From NCBI GenBank assembly GCA_964188305.1, contig OZ076890.1: 64,000 nucleotides of DNA, one strand, 5' to 3'. Shown piece after piece: positions 40,501 to 54,919 of this stretch. A model generated the notes under the pieces. It had not been told where the DNA came from. It was given only the letters and a program-made list of their open reading frames with translations, and did no database searches. Position 1 is the first letter of the stretch. Each line of letters begins with the position of its first letter. This DNA comes from Podarcis bocagei (Eukaryota). Position numbers and translations under genes: made by a program.

Positions 40501-42259
40501 GAAATGAACTTCCCTTGTTACAAAACTGCCGACAAATAGAGAATCCCTTTATTAATAAATAAACATCAAAGGGCCGCTGAATCCATGTTGCAGCAAATGA
40601 GTGATGGTAAAGCAAACTAAATATGAATTACCGGTAACTGCAAGAGATTTGGGTTGCACTAACCTTTATCCCACAGTCTTTGCTTCCCCCAATTAACCCT
40701 TGGAAGGTTAATCTACCCCCCCCCCTCACAGAGCTATGATTCCCAGCACCCTTAATTCCCATGATTCTTTGGGTGCAGCTGTGCACTTTAAATGTATCAT
40801 CTGGGTGTGACCATAGAAACCAGAGAAAGGCTAAGTCTGCAATTTTATATATACCTCCTAGTGACAACTCCATTGAACTCACTGTGGCTTACTTCTGAAT
40901 AGACTTGCATACAATTGCACAATTAAACTATCATTCACTTTTCTTTTTATCATAACTTTCCTCCTTTGGAGCACAGAAAAAAACAGTTAAAATCAGTAAT
41001 GAAATTATCGTGGTATAGAATCACAACAGCAAATGTTCTTCATCGACTGTGGATACAGTTGGTGTGTGGAGGGAGATCAGAGTTGCCACAAATCCTTTGT
41101 TGATCACATCTTGTTTGCATGTGCAAATGGATGCATGTATATAAATGTCTGCACATGATTAAAATCATTTATATCTTGCTTTTCCTCCCTAAGGAGGTCA
41201 GAATAGTATACAGTGTACAATAAAAATAATCTGTCAGTCAAGAGATTTGCCATTGTGTGTCTGGATGTTCTTCAAATGCAACCCCATATAGAACATATTA
41301 CAGTAAGTAAAATGTTGATGTAACTTAGGCATGGCAACATCTCTATTCTCAGAAGCAGGCACAGCAGGTGTATATACTTAACCTTGACAAAAGCATTCCT
41401 GGGCACAACTACTAGCTAGGTATCCAGGAACAAGGCAGAATTCAGCAACTGCCCACCTAGTTTTTCAAGGGGAATGCAACCCCATCCAAAACACTGAGCT
41501 GGCCTAGTGTTATGTCCACTTTGTGGCGTACATGGATCACAGCACTGTTGTCTCCATGTTGGAAGGTGATGGGCTATAATACAATAAATGTTACAGGTGA
41601 GTTTGTGGTCTACTGAAGCTAATGCAGTACCGCTACCAGCTAATATGCAGTGACATATATGGAGATGGAGAAAATAAAGATAAAATATGATCTCCCCACT
41701 AGCAGCTCCATTTGTATTTGCAGAGGTTGTTAAGGACACGCAAGGATGTTGCTGACAAAAAGGAAACAGTTGATGATGCTTAACTTTATCTCCACTCCTT
41801 TAAAGAATAACAGGCAAAACACAGCTCATCTGGCTTTAAAAATGAACAGCCAGCCAATTGCTCTGACATATTTCAAAATATTTTTGTTGTGCACAAAAGG
41901 CAGGAACATGGAACATCACAGTGACCAAACATGCCAGGGAATTGTTCAGTAATCCACACACTCCTGCATAATTGCATAATTCACAATTATGTGGCTGGTC
42001 CAGATGCTCTGGATGTTTAATTCTCCAGGCTCAAAAAGCAAAAACTTGTGTGGGTAGGTGGGAATCTTGGAAGCAAGAAGTCTATATAGCCTTGTCCTAT
42101 GAAGCTAGTAAACATTGCTGGGTCAATGACTACTTTCCATTAGCAACAGAGGGCTGCAATTACATGGAAGTAATTCCATTTTAGGAGGTAGGGGAAATAT
42201 AACATGGTTCAAAGAGAAGAATAAATGGATCAGTAAAACATGACATGCAATGCCTTTTT

Positions 42260-42824
42260 AGCACTGGCCCAAGGCATTTTGCCGCCTGAGGCACAGGACC
42301 AATAGTGCCCTAAGCCATATTCCATGTACAGCAGCTGACCAGGCAGACAGTTGAATCATACTTCAACACTGGTGATAGGATTCTCCACTGAACTTGAAGG
42401 TATCAGGCTAGCCTGGACAGTGAAAGACAGGCCACATGGCACACACAGTTCTGTCTTCCAACAGAAGGGAGCAGTCACTGGTAGTGCTGCCGGTAGTGAT
42501 CAGTGATGTAATATTGCTCACCTGGTTTCCCCACATGGAGCACAGATGCTGTTTGTCAAGAGGAACAGGAGTGGGAGGAAGAGGAGTTTTGTTGTGCAAC
42601 TACAATGGTGGGAGCATTGGATGGGCTCCCCTGTCCACACCATGTTGAGCTCCCTGCAAGATTGCCCCTCCCCTCTTGACAAACAGCAGCAACATTCAGC
42701 ATTAGGAAGCCAGGTGAGCCAAACCTCCCCATCCACACTGCCCCACTGACCTTTACTGGCTGCCCCCATTACCTTCCATACCTTCTTGCATCTTTAAATG
42801 TGCCCAATGGTAGGGCTGGCCCTG
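42260..42824. mobile_element. Non-autonomous hAT-like element containing an internal foldback
   Basis: Left end CTGGCCCAAGGCATTTTGCCGCCTGAGGC, right end TAGGGCTGGCCCTG; same ends as 13547-13821. Confidence 0.55.
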
Positions 42825-44209
42825 GAAATTTGGGACAGAAGCGAGTGAAATATGAGAAATAAAAGCAAGACTTCTCAAGTAGCTTATCTTCATATTTCTG
42901 GGCAATAAGCAAGACATTTTTTACTTGACTAGAAAAGGTTAACCATTCCTGCATTATAGGGCTCAGAAGTAGTGGCTGAGGCACATTGAGGCTGGTAGGG
43001 CAGAAGACAGGGAGATTGAAATTAGGTGGCGCAAGAGCCAATGGCAGGCAGAACCATCTAACTCTACCAACTAGTTCTATTTGTTCCTGTCTTCCTTTCT
43101 GCTGAATTCTACAAGGTTGACACTGAAACCATGCCAAAGCTACCTTCTAGACAGGAGGGCTTGGAGGAATCAAGACTGAAGATTATGGAGACAATACCAT
43201 ATTTGCCCTAATGGACTAGCCTCCACTGGGACTCAGAGTAACACCTGCCTCATTCAAACCTATGGTAGTGAAGGGGCTGTGATAACTGAAAAGTGAACAT
43301 TTGTCTTGAAATTCAAGTGCTCAACTTGAATTAATTAATCTACACCACTGAATTTGCATATAGTGACAGTAGGTTGAGTAGATCCATGCAGAGTTCAGTG
43401 TACGGCAAAACACTTGGGTGACTGATTTCTCATGCCCCCTCCTCACAGTTCATTCTACATTTATCACTCCATTGCTAAGCTGCTAGAAGTGAATTGGGCT
43501 ATGAAGCAGTAAATGTAGGTTAAGCTGAGTGAGGCATTCTGTGGTCACAGGATCATTTCCCTCAAATTATGCACAAATGCCCTAATATAGGCAGCTCGGT
43601 CTTGGCAGGTGTTGAAGCCACTGATCAGTTTCTTCCATTCCATCACCAGGATTGGGAGTACTAAATAGCTTTTAGGATGAATCCTTAAAGCTTAATTCTG
43701 AAACACGATCCAGATTACTGAGTTGCATAATTTCCATCTCTTCCCCTTGGCAATGTGGATATACCCACCAGATTGCAGAAGGGAGTCTTAAGGTCATAAC
43801 AGAAATTAAAATAAGTTCTAACAAAGGCATATAAAAGGAATAGCACGTGTTAACTAGATTATTTCAAACACAGACGTCTCAGTCCCTAGACCACAAAGCA
43901 AATGTCTCTTTTTAGATATGGATTTGAAGAGTCTGAAAATAAAGCCTTTGTTTCTTTGAGAAGAAAAGCATTCCACTGAAACTCTGTCAAACGTCTTACA
44001 TTTCTGGCAGCACGTTTTGGAAAAGACAGGTGAAAAGTGAAGTGCAGTTTTTTCCATTGCGCCAGAACGTTTTTACTTGATCCAATGCCCTGTGAAAAGT
44101 TTTATGAAGTTTTATCTAAGGCAAAATGACTGTTCAATTTAACACAAAAGCAAAACAATATTAAAAGTTCATATGCTGACTTAGTAGTATTTGTTTTATT
44201 TGCATAATA

Positions 44210-44521
44210 GACTTGCTGATCAGAAGGTCGGCGGTTTGAATCCCTGCGACGGGGTGAGCTCCTGTTGCATGGTCCCTGCTCCTGCCAACCTAGCAGTTTG
44301 AAAGCAAGTCAAAGTGCAAGGAGATAAATAGATACCACTCCGGTGGGAAGGTAAACGGCATTTCCGTGCGCTGCTCTGGTTCGCCAGAAGCAGCTTAGTC
44401 CTGCTGGCCACATGACCCGGAAGCTGTACGCCAGCTCCCTCAGCCAATAAAGCGAGATGAGCAGTGCAACCCCAGAGTCAGCCACAACTGGACCTAATGG
44501 TCAGGGGTCCCTTTACCTTTA
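44210..44521 (+). mobile_element. Sauria SINE, 5'-truncated
   Basis: GATCAGAAGGTCGGCGGTTTGAATCC..GGGGTGAGCTCC..CCTGCCAACCTAGCAG..CCCCAGAGTC..GGTCAGGGGTCCCTTTACCTTTA. Confidence 0.92.
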
Positions 44522-47500
44522 TTAAACTGGAAAAAACACAACTTAAAACAAAAAAAATCAGTTATAGCAAACAGCACAATAAAAACTGTCTGAGAGAGTG
44601 GCTGATGTGCCCCCACCCAGTGTTTTTGTCACTCTTGCCACCACTCTGCTCTGCCCCATACTGGTCCTAGTAAGTGCCCGCACCATGGCAGCCAGGAGGG
44701 CAGAGCAGAGCCCCACTTCACATGCTGAGACTGGCTGTCACATGCTGTGCATCTCCCAATCAACATGCAGAGACGAGAGTCTGTGGGTGGAGGCTTCTCC
44801 AGTGTGGCAACTAAAAGCTCTATTACTGTCACTTTTCCACTGACAGTGATCGTCAGCTGGTGAGCTCAAAAACAGAATGTTGGGAACATACCTAGTGGAT
44901 GCATTGGATCTGCAGGATCTTGTTTTATTTTGTGGGATCAGGTTTTTGTTTTGTTTTGTTTTTTGAGGTCTGGGAATGTATACCAGATACTTCCAGATTT
45001 GGGGCCCACAATATGCTCTCTCAACCCTTGCCCATCAGGATTTAGGATGCATACAGATGCGGGGATCACTGCATTAGTGTTCCAGATTATAGAGCTAACA
45101 TTTCTGACTCTGTTTCTAAACTTCCTGTCACACTGCACTACCTGTTCTGTTATAGAACTGTGGCTTTTTGATCAATGCACTCTGCTAAGTTTTAAATGAT
45201 GGGAAAGAATGGTAAGCCCCAAATTTCGCCACTTGAAATTACAATGCAAGACACCTGTGGTTTTCTGAGCTAAGGGGGTTGGAAATAACCAACACATCAT
45301 GGACAGTGCTGTTGGGAGAGACCCCTGCCTGAGCAAGCAGAGATGCAGCCAGTCAAAGCCACCCACTCCAGCAGGTATCACAAATGTAGATATGTTGGTC
45401 TGTTCATGTGATGTGTGCTTGCACCACCACTGTTGTATTGCAGTATTTGTCTGAGTGGCAAAATGGGCCAAGCAAAGCAATGAGCAAGCAGCAATTGGCA
45501 CAGCAGGAGACTGAGCCATGTCTTCACTGCCTGAGCTGCCCTGCCACTCACAAACGCTATCCCCTTTCTAGTGTTGAAGTAAAGTCATTAGCCTCCATAT
45601 GTAGAATGCCATCACCTTGTCCTTCTCAGGCAGTAAAATGTCTTTGGTTGGCCTTGACCTTGGGGTGACTGTAAAAATCATGTGACCGAAGAATAGCGAA
45701 AATAGCTAAGGCAGGTTTGTATTGCCATCTATTTAGTACAGAAGCCAATGCCTCATTTTATGACTGGCTGGCTGCTCCAGAATTTAGAGGGTTCACTAGA
45801 GTTCACTGAGAATCATCTCAAGCCAATGCAGGTAACCTTGAAATAGAAACCCTTAAAGAGAATTGCTGAGCGGATCTTATATAAGATACTCCTGCTCACT
45901 CAAAAGTCATTCCACCTGCTATCTGGCAGAGCAAATATGAGTATAATTAAAAGCAGATGTTTCAAAGAATGTTAGTACCCACAGGCTCTTGAATTCTGTG
46001 AGTTATAAGGGCTCCACCTCATGTAAGCAGAATATTCCTCCCTTTGGGGGCTCTGGAGAAATTAAGCAGCAACATTTGGCTAATAGTGACACTCTCTGCA
46101 AAGCGAAAGAGTATCATCAATGTCTTGTCCTGCCAGGAATATGTTATTTTAAACACACCTCTCCTCAAAAATCCTCTCCGTGCCAGCCCCATCCATTTCC
46201 AAAGGACTCACACTGCCTCAGGCACTTAAGGACCAGAATGCAAGTTAATTAAAACATTGAGAAACTTCCCAGCTTCACTCTTCTTATGTCCTAACTTCCT
46301 CTGAAGGATAATAAACTATGATGGGAGTGTGAACATATTTTACATTAATGGGAGTAACAAGTTGTGCAAGTTAGTTTGGAGAACTGGGTGCACCTCCATA
46401 AACTCATTCCAGTGATTAACTACTTGGAAGTATGACCTCAGACTAGAAACAAAGATTTATATATTCAAACATTTTCCACAGAGAGAAAAAATATGTGATG
46501 GTCTCATTTAATATTTAATGTTTTTGATTTGTTATCTCTTGTACTCTCCACCCGTGTTAGCATGTAAAATAAAGAACCAGACATTGAAACAAACTTAGGG
46601 TGGGGCACATTTTGGGATTCTCAGGGTGAAATGTGAACTCTGAGGGCATTTTTTAAAAACCCATTTGTATTTTTAATGAAATAAATTGCTGTACATTAAA
46701 GTATACCTAGATACCTTCATTATATATAATTGCATACCTGCCTGTCCATCAAATATTAATCCTTAATTCTTAATCCTTAATCATATTTTAAAATGTAGTC
46801 AATTTTTTTTAAAAAAAACAACAAACTGACTCAATTTAGATCTGACCCATGCTACTACAAGATCTTATGAGTGGAGTTCTTTCCCCAACCCCATCTATAA
46901 ATAATTGGTGAACACTTCACTTAGGGTGATATCCAACTAAGCAATCACACTAGTTCAAGAACTTGTAGTTGCACAATGATATTTCCCCACCCTCTCCTCT
47001 CCCTGCCCCCCAACCCCTAAATCTATTCCAGAGAGTTGGGGAAACCTAATTACAGATTTATGGGCTGCTCAGAGGGACACAGAGAGAAGAGGGGGCAGGA
47101 TGTTCTACTGCCCAATTAAAAGTCCTTGTTAAAAGCAGAGCTGTTTAGTTTGAATAAATTACCTTAGAAAATGATTCTTCCTTACAATAACCATATTTCC
47201 ACTAATTTTTAATTTGTTTAGTCTATATCAAAGCAGCAAAAGGATGTTTCAAGAAAGTAATGGCCAAACCTATCTGTGAAAGTCTGGCCTAACTTTCTAA
47301 AAGCCCTCATGATGTATTATAGGCTTTTTCCATATTTATTTTATCTATCTAGACTTTTATTCCACCCAGTCCAAAGGCTCAGTGCAGTTCATGTCACAGA
47401 GCAACAATAGAACCCTGGTATTCCTGGGTCACACATTGGTAGTGTTTACACATAACAGTAAACTATAGTTAATATTTTGTCATAAACACACAGATGATTC

Positions 47501-48596
47501 TTCCTTTGCTCCCTTTCCTTGCCCAGACTGTCCCCAGAAAAGGAGTCACTTGTGAACATAATGGCACCAACTTTGCTTCTCCCTTGGCTGGAGTGGGAGC
47601 AACCAGCCATCATCCTTGCCTGAACATTATATCTGAACCAGGGATCATGGTTTGCTTTGTGCCCAACAAATCAAGATGATCAGCCAAAATTTATTCTTGT
47701 TTTCCTCGGACAGACCATGACTGGGAAAACAAATCATGACCACTAGTTCAAATGTGGTTTGTTGCTCCCAGTCCGATTAAGGGATTCATAAAGTGGGAGC
47801 CATTATAGTCACTATGCAGTTCCTTTCTAGGGGACATGCTGGGATAGAATCTTTGTCTCTGACTTTCTACTTTTGCATGCATGCTCTAAAGTTTGTTTCC
47901 AGGAACATTTCACCATGACAAAGATTTCTCTGCATGTATTAGGCTCTTAGCCATCTAGGTATCTGGTAAATATTTGTCATTCCAATAGCAACTCAGAAAC
48001 AGGGCATATAATCTATAATATACATTTAGCAAAAAATATATTTTGATTCTTTGCACTTTTTGCCTTCCTGCTGGAGAGGAAAGTGGTGGGTGGGAAGGTG
48101 GCACACACATCTCTGGTGAAATGGCAGAAGCCAAGAAGCTTCAATTTTCTTTGAAATAGTAAGCCACACGTACCAAAATGACATGTTTAGTTCTGCATGC
48201 ATGAAAAAGCTAATGAAGGGAAGCTGACAGCCTTTCATCTACTACCATCAAGCTGATTTCTTTTGGAAAATATTATTTGGAGGAATTTTTAACCAGCCTC
48301 CTTGGTTTTGACTTGGCCAAGTCACCCCATGCTGATACCTAAGTAGAAGAACGGAAGCACTAATCACACTTCAGGCTTTAGCAGAAACCTGAATCCCCCT
48401 AGAAACACACATTTTGAAAACAAAATGTATTTTCTGTCAAAGCAAAGGAGCCATTTGATCTATAACCACCCACACTTTGCAACATACACTGTGTGTTGTG
48501 TGTGTGAAAGTGATGCTTGGCTCATGGACTTTTGATGTCAAAAAGAGATAGGTCATTGACTTCACCATGCCCTGGATCAAGCCCAAACACTGAATT

Positions 48597-48652
48597 TTTT
48601 ACCTTCTATGCCCTTTTAAAATGTGGCTCTTTTGGGGGGTATTGGGTTGTTG

Positions 48653-48695
<43 letters not shown>

Positions 48696-48785
48696 GTGGT
48701 TTTTATGTTGATCTTTCTGTGAACTGCCCTGAGACCTCCAGGTATAGGGTGGTATATAAATTCAATAAATAATAATAATAATTTA
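48597..48785 (+). mobile_element. L2-type LINE 3'UTR with embedded (TG)n (48656-48692) and (AAT)n tail
   Basis: CTGTGAACTGCCCTGAGACCTCCAGGTATAGGGTGGTATATAAAT..AATAATAAT. Confidence 0.7.
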
Positions 48786-51700
48786 ATCAAGAATAGAATG
48801 GAATGAACATCAGAAGTAAGAAATTTCTTAGAATGGAGGCTATGTCTAGCATTTATATCCTAACTTTCATGCCAAGAAACAGCCTGACCCATCACTGTGA
48901 AGATAGGTTGGCCATGGGTCCTAATTTATAGAGAAGTCCACTATTTGAATGACGGAGAATAGCACTCTGTTTGAAGGGCTGCCCTGTTTAAAGATAAACA
49001 ATTATGAGAGCAGGGGCTTTGAAGTTGCTCATCAACAGCTATACATATAAATTAGCACATGCAATTATTTTTTTTGCAAATCAATGTCTTCTTTTGTCCC
49101 CTGTTTTGTTGATGCATTTGATCCCCCCCCCCCATTAATGCACACATGACCACCATATGTGAGAAAATGTAAAGTTTGAAGTCAGTGGCTTGCCAAGAGC
49201 CACTCTATAACTAAATATGCGCCTATTTGAACCAGTTTCCTAAACCGAATCTGTTACTTCCCACAGCCAAGACAACATTGGCTTATATCATGTTTCCCAT
49301 TGTCCATAGCTGAACAGCTGTAATAAATCACCTCTCCTGTGAATAAGACTTATCTTCTAAAAATTGAATGTGCACAAATTTTTGTGATCAATAGCATTTT
49401 TAACAGCACAATATATGTCTACTCAGAGGAAAGTTCCATTGTGTTTGATGAGACTTACATCCATGTAAATTATCTAATTCAGTTTAAACATTTTAGACAA
49501 GTCAGTAAATATTTGCTCAACTAACATGAGTGAAGGAAACATTACTCATGTTAAGTTTGCTAGAATGATAAAAATAAAATTGTGTCACGGAAAATGGATA
49601 CGTTGTGAGCACATCCTTAATTGCCACCTTTACAAAGTTCTGAACCGCATATTTGTTTTATATTATGAAAGAAACACAACTTTATCTTTAAAAAAGCATG
49701 CCTACATTTTAATAAAATGTCAGTAAGAGAAGCATAGCTTTAAACGGAAGTATTAAAATATTTTGAATCTCATTAAGGGTGCCCTTCCTTTCAATATTTG
49801 TATTCTACCTGCAGATTCCAGGGGAAGAACCTGTTTCATGCAGAACCACTTCTTGCTTGCACGGTGTTGTTAACCATGGATGGAATCTCTGAATAACCCT
49901 TTTAAACAATCTGGTCCCTGAAACTCTCCATTATATGCTGTTTTACTCTGATGCATTATTTGTTTGATCTTATGATTTATTATGCCATGGTTCTTTAACA
50001 AAATGTAAGCTTCCCTTGAATATAGACACAAGATATATACAATGTCAGAGGTGGCCTCTGTTATATGTGTTTTCTAAATTCTTCTGGATGTTTATCTCTA
50101 CCAATATGTCCTCTTTGTAGCTATCTGAACTCTCGTCTGGCACTGAATTATGCAAACAAAATTGGGAGACTTAACCTTCAAACAAGAAGATAGCTCTTCC
50201 TTTATGACACAAGAAATCCTACCACATATACAGCCAGCCGACTTTAGTTTGGATTATTCCCCGCCAATAGCAGAGTTGAGCAGGGGAACAGCTGAAGCCC
50301 TCGGTACATATGGTCTATAGGGTTGCCTTCCTATTTGGAGTGAGGTGCCATCAGTATGCTGATAATACTCAGCTCTCTCTTTCCATTCCAACTGAATCAG
50401 GAGATGCTACTGAAGTTCTGGACAAGTGCCTGGAGGTGGCAATGGGTGAGAGGAAGGCCAAAAAAAGAAAAAGAAAAAGAAACTGAATCTACACAAAATG
50501 AAAGTATTATGTGTTCTGGGTTTATGAGTCCAGAAAGTGATGATACAGCCTGTCTTTAGATGGGGTAGTACTCCTGTGTAAAAAGTGATCTATTCTCTAG
50601 TAACCTCCAGACTGTTACTGAAATTCACACTATGTGGGGTTTCCCTTAGACCCATTTCAGAAGCTGCAAGTAGTGCAAAATGCAACAATTACGGTTGCAC
50701 AGTCAGTAGACCTCATATTTCACCTGTGAGAATTGAATTGGTTGCCTGTTTTAATAGACACCACTTATTACTGACATTTTATGAAAACTGAATGTTTGGA
50801 AACTCTGAGGAAAGAAGATGAAGAGGAGGAAGAAGAGGAAGAAGAAGAAGAGTTGTGGTAGTAGTATAGCAAAGAGGGAGGAAAACGAGATACCAAAATA
50901 CAGTTTTTGTTGTTGAGTGTGGGAAATGTGTTAATCCTGGCCTCCAAAGCAGCATTTTCTGAGTTGCTTCAGATGTGGCTAGATTTGGAAATTTATTTTG
51001 AAAACCACCATTTTGGAATTTCCCAAGTCAGTGGGATGGATCCAAAAGACCTCTACTTGAAAAAGTGCCAGTGCAGCAGCTTGAGTTTCTTTCTGAAAGC
51101 AAAGTTCTGGTAAATGTTTATAACTCCAACTGCTGTATGCATCCTGTGGTCTATCGTTTCCTCCTGATTACTCTGCAATCCAGCAAAGCTCAGACACCCA
51201 CGGCTGGCAAGCAAAAGAGATTTCAGCCATTTGAACCGAACAAAAACCCTGTAGTCCCACCAAATGGGGCTTGCACACAATGCAATTTTACCTGCAGTAA
51301 GAGAGACACATTTCAAAAATAATGACAGGCCTCATTGGGTTTTATCAGAGCAAACACATGGTTAGTGCTCACACTACTTCCATATGTAATACCATTAGAC
51401 TGCCAACTTTCTGTGGCTTTTACTACCCCAGCGGTGCCTATTTAAATTTGTTCTGGAATCTCGCCTGTGTCCCAATAGAAGTCACATTTCGGGAGAAATA
51501 TTGATACAGTATTTCAAAGAAGAGTTTTAGAGCAGATATATCTTAAGCAATGCATTTATTTCCTTTCTTCAAATATCTACAGATAATGTACTAAGAGGAT
51601 GGGTCCTTGTCTGCTTTACATATAACTGATTATCTTATTAAAAAGCTATGCATAACTGTGTCACCAGAGTATGTGTGACACAAAGGATGTTGAGCATCTA

Positions 51701-52285
51701 GATACTGTTGGACTCCAACTCCCAATAGCTGCAAGCCAACATGGATCAAGGGTTGTAGCTATAGCCCAAGAATACCTGGAGGGTCACAGGCTCCCCACTG
51801 TTGCATTAAACAAGCACAAACACATAAGGGCTGATTCTGCCATAGCGCATCTCTCACCAACAAGTGCAACTACTGACACAAGGCATGGAGGGGCCAGGAT
51901 AAGGAATCGATGTGCAGAACGAACCTGTAAGAATTCACCACACTGTGGCAAATGGTGCAACATAGCAGTGCCCTTATGCGGAATGGGGGAAAGGGTCGGA
52001 TGAAGTAGTTCTTATTTGAAGGGGTGAAGCTACGTATGTGCTGTACTGCTGCACATAGAAAGCAAAATGTCAAGGCTAGATAGAGTAGAAACTTCTTCTC
52101 TGACATTGAAGATTCCTTGGCTTATTTTGTCTGAAGGATCATCTAATAATCTGAGCTTCACCTCCCTCCCAAGAGAGACTCTGAAGTGATATGGTTCAGG
52201 AAGAGATTTACCACCTCAGTGAGAAAACCTATACTTTGGTTTGTCCATGCTTATTCTCCCATACTCTGTCTGACTTTAAAAACAA

Positions 52286-52625
52286 AAGGATGGGGGAGAA
52301 ATTTGATTCAGATCGTATGTAAATGCAAATCTGCACAATTCATACTTTCTGAAACAATACACAAACCAAAAAAACATAGCCATCCTTAAAAGTTGCACTT
52401 CTTCAAATTTTGCAATGGAGTTCTCCAATCAAGTAGCATGTACAAAAAATGCATATACAAATGCACAAAAATGTGGGTTTTACTGCAAATAACATAAACA
52501 TGTTATATTAGGGAGCTTTGCTGGAGTGTGTCCAATTAGAGGAGAACATTTGCTTGTAAGTTCTTATCCATTCCTGAAAAACAGAATGCTTACATATTGA
52601 TCCTTTGAAAATTGAATTCTGCATT
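52286..52625 (+). mobile_element. AT-rich interspersed repeat (5' part of the 14327/20435 family)
   Basis: GGATGGGGGAGAAATTTGATTCAG..TTCTCCAATCAA..ATGTACAAAAAATGCATAT overlaps the motif at 20440-20470. Confidence 0.5.
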
Positions 52626-52879
52626 TTAACATATTTTGCAAGGGAAAAGCCCCAAACTGCTTTGGTATATCAAGGCATAATACACAATAATGGTAAAATA
52701 TAAAGTCCTCCCTAGTTTTGCACTTTCACTTATATTGATTAATATAGGAAAAGTACTCCAATGATTAAAACTGGTTAGTTGTTCAACATTTGTATATAAT
52801 GGGATTCTCAAAACAACTGGCCTGGGAAGAGGACTTGGTCAGAGATTGTAAAAGCACTCTAAGAGTTGTCGCTCTGTGA

Positions 52880-53010
52880 GTGGGGTAGGGGTCTCCTAAC
52901 AATTCTTAGCACCGTTAAAAAACAACCAACCACACTCCCCAGGATTCTTTGGGAGAAGCCATGATTGTTTGAATTGTTGTGTTACTGCTTTAAATGTATT
53001 TGTATAGCAT
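52880..53010. mobile_element. Short squamate interspersed repeat (TCCCAGGATTCTTTGGGAGAAGCCATG family)
   Basis: CTCCTAACAATTCTTAGCACC..CCCAGGATTCTTTGGGAGAAGCCATGATTGTTT..CTGCTTTAAATGTAT; recognised from memory only. Confidence 0.5.
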
Positions 53011-54919
53011 TGTTCTTGTTTATAAAACCCAATTAAAAAAATGTATACTGCAGATGGGGCCCTTTTCACAGCTGACTGTGGCCCACTATGGGGCCAGATC
53101 AGCACCACTGGGCACAGTATAGCATGGTTGTAACCTAGGCTTGGCAAAGCATATATTTCGTCCACCCATCAACTTATTAATTGTACCACTGCCATGTCTA
53201 GGGAATAAGTCCAGATGGAATGTACCAAATCTAGAGGTTGTGTCTGGACAGCAGAGGAGAGGCGATCACATGGAGTATGAAATATTAATGTAAGGAGGAT
53301 GGGGGAGCTGAATGGAGCATGGAACAAATGTTGGAACTGGGTGGGTGGACAGAAGAGGGAACAGTGTAGTGGGTAGAGGAGATTAGCTGGGTGGGAATGG
53401 ATTACCACTGAATAATTTTCAGTAAAGCACATGCTTAAAGGTTTGCACATGTAATGCCAATACTTACTCCCAAGCAGCGCTGTTAGCACAGCAAAACTGA
53501 CTCAGAAATAGGAGTTCACATTGCATGTCGAAAGCTGTAAGACCTTCCATAATATGCTGAGTATGAACTAGCTGCCTTTCTGTTGCTGATGCCAATTATG
53601 CCTGCAATCTATTTGCAAATAACCTGCTGTCATTCATTTCTTCAGAACTGGCACAATTAGCATTACATGAAAATATGGCCTTTTAGTAGAGAAATATTAT
53701 ACCCCAATTGTTTCTCCCTTATTCATAAAACAATGCTTGACTGACTAGTTTGAGGAAACAACCTTTGGATCTAACCTCAAGACTGTGCTGCTTGGAAATA
53801 TATTGAGTAGTATTCAAATAAGTTTTACACAGAGAAGTTAATGGACCTAACTTAGTCATGTTTGTTAATTTCAGTAGGTCACCTATGAGTACGACTTTGT
53901 TGAGTACCTTCCCCATTCTTACACAGTGCAATATAGACGTTTCGCCAATGCAGGCCAGTGAAATAGATCTTTGTGTGCTAGAAAGTGCTTGGTTCACCAT
54001 TTATTATTTACTGGCTGTAACTGAACAGAATTGCTATCTTCCTGCAGGAAACTGCAAAACAATTTAAGGTTCCTTAGTCCATCTTAAATGTCTTACACAG
54101 TAATGTCCTTTGAGAGTAAGTGCTGCTATTGTCTTATGTTACTTTTCAATGATAATTTATCAGGGGCAGAAGGATACAATTTCTCTCTCCCTCTCTCTCT
54201 TTTTAAGACAGGGCTTTCAGGTTAGATGAGAAAATGAACTGCTCAGGACAATAGAGGAAATGAACTGGAAGAGGTGCATGAATACACAAGGTTTCCTCTG
54301 TTCCAGCCATTCATATGGAGACACAGAATGGAATATTATGCACAGTGCAACACCTGATCCTAAGGGAAGCTAGTGAGAATCTCAAGTTATATCAGTCTGG
54401 AGACTCCTATAAAGGATGTATTGAAAACGTCACCGCAGGATGGAAGCATCCATGTTTTGTTCCCCCAGGTTAAAATTTCTTGGCAGGCTTAAAATAATAA
54501 TAAAAGATTGAATATCCCTTCTTTTTATACTATTATTTTAGGCAAATATTAAGGATAAAGCAAACTTTGCTCAGTGGCCAGCTGCTGTAATAATGTATAA
54601 TCATTAGGCTGCTTGCCTTGGATGGGGTTGCTTTCCAAAATGAATATTACAGCTGTGAGGTTATATGGATGTAGAACTCTACTATTTGAAAGCCATGTCT
54701 GACACTTGTACCCTTCAAAAGTTCGAAGCACAATTATCAGGGAACCTTCTATTCTGATCTATTGGAACAGTATCCCCCATATCTAGTAGATGAAACTACT
54801 ATCAAGAGACAGGGAGAGTGAAGAGAAATTGCAGTAGACTCTGTTTTTCACAAAAGGTATTGTATATTTGTGTAGGGTGAATTGGAGGAACCATGACAAC
54901 TGATATTATTGTCATTGGG

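Noticed and set aside
6990-53510. Scattered AP-1 (TGASTCA) and CArG matches
   Set aside because: Counts are around chance expectation for 64 kb; only clustered cases were kept as leads.
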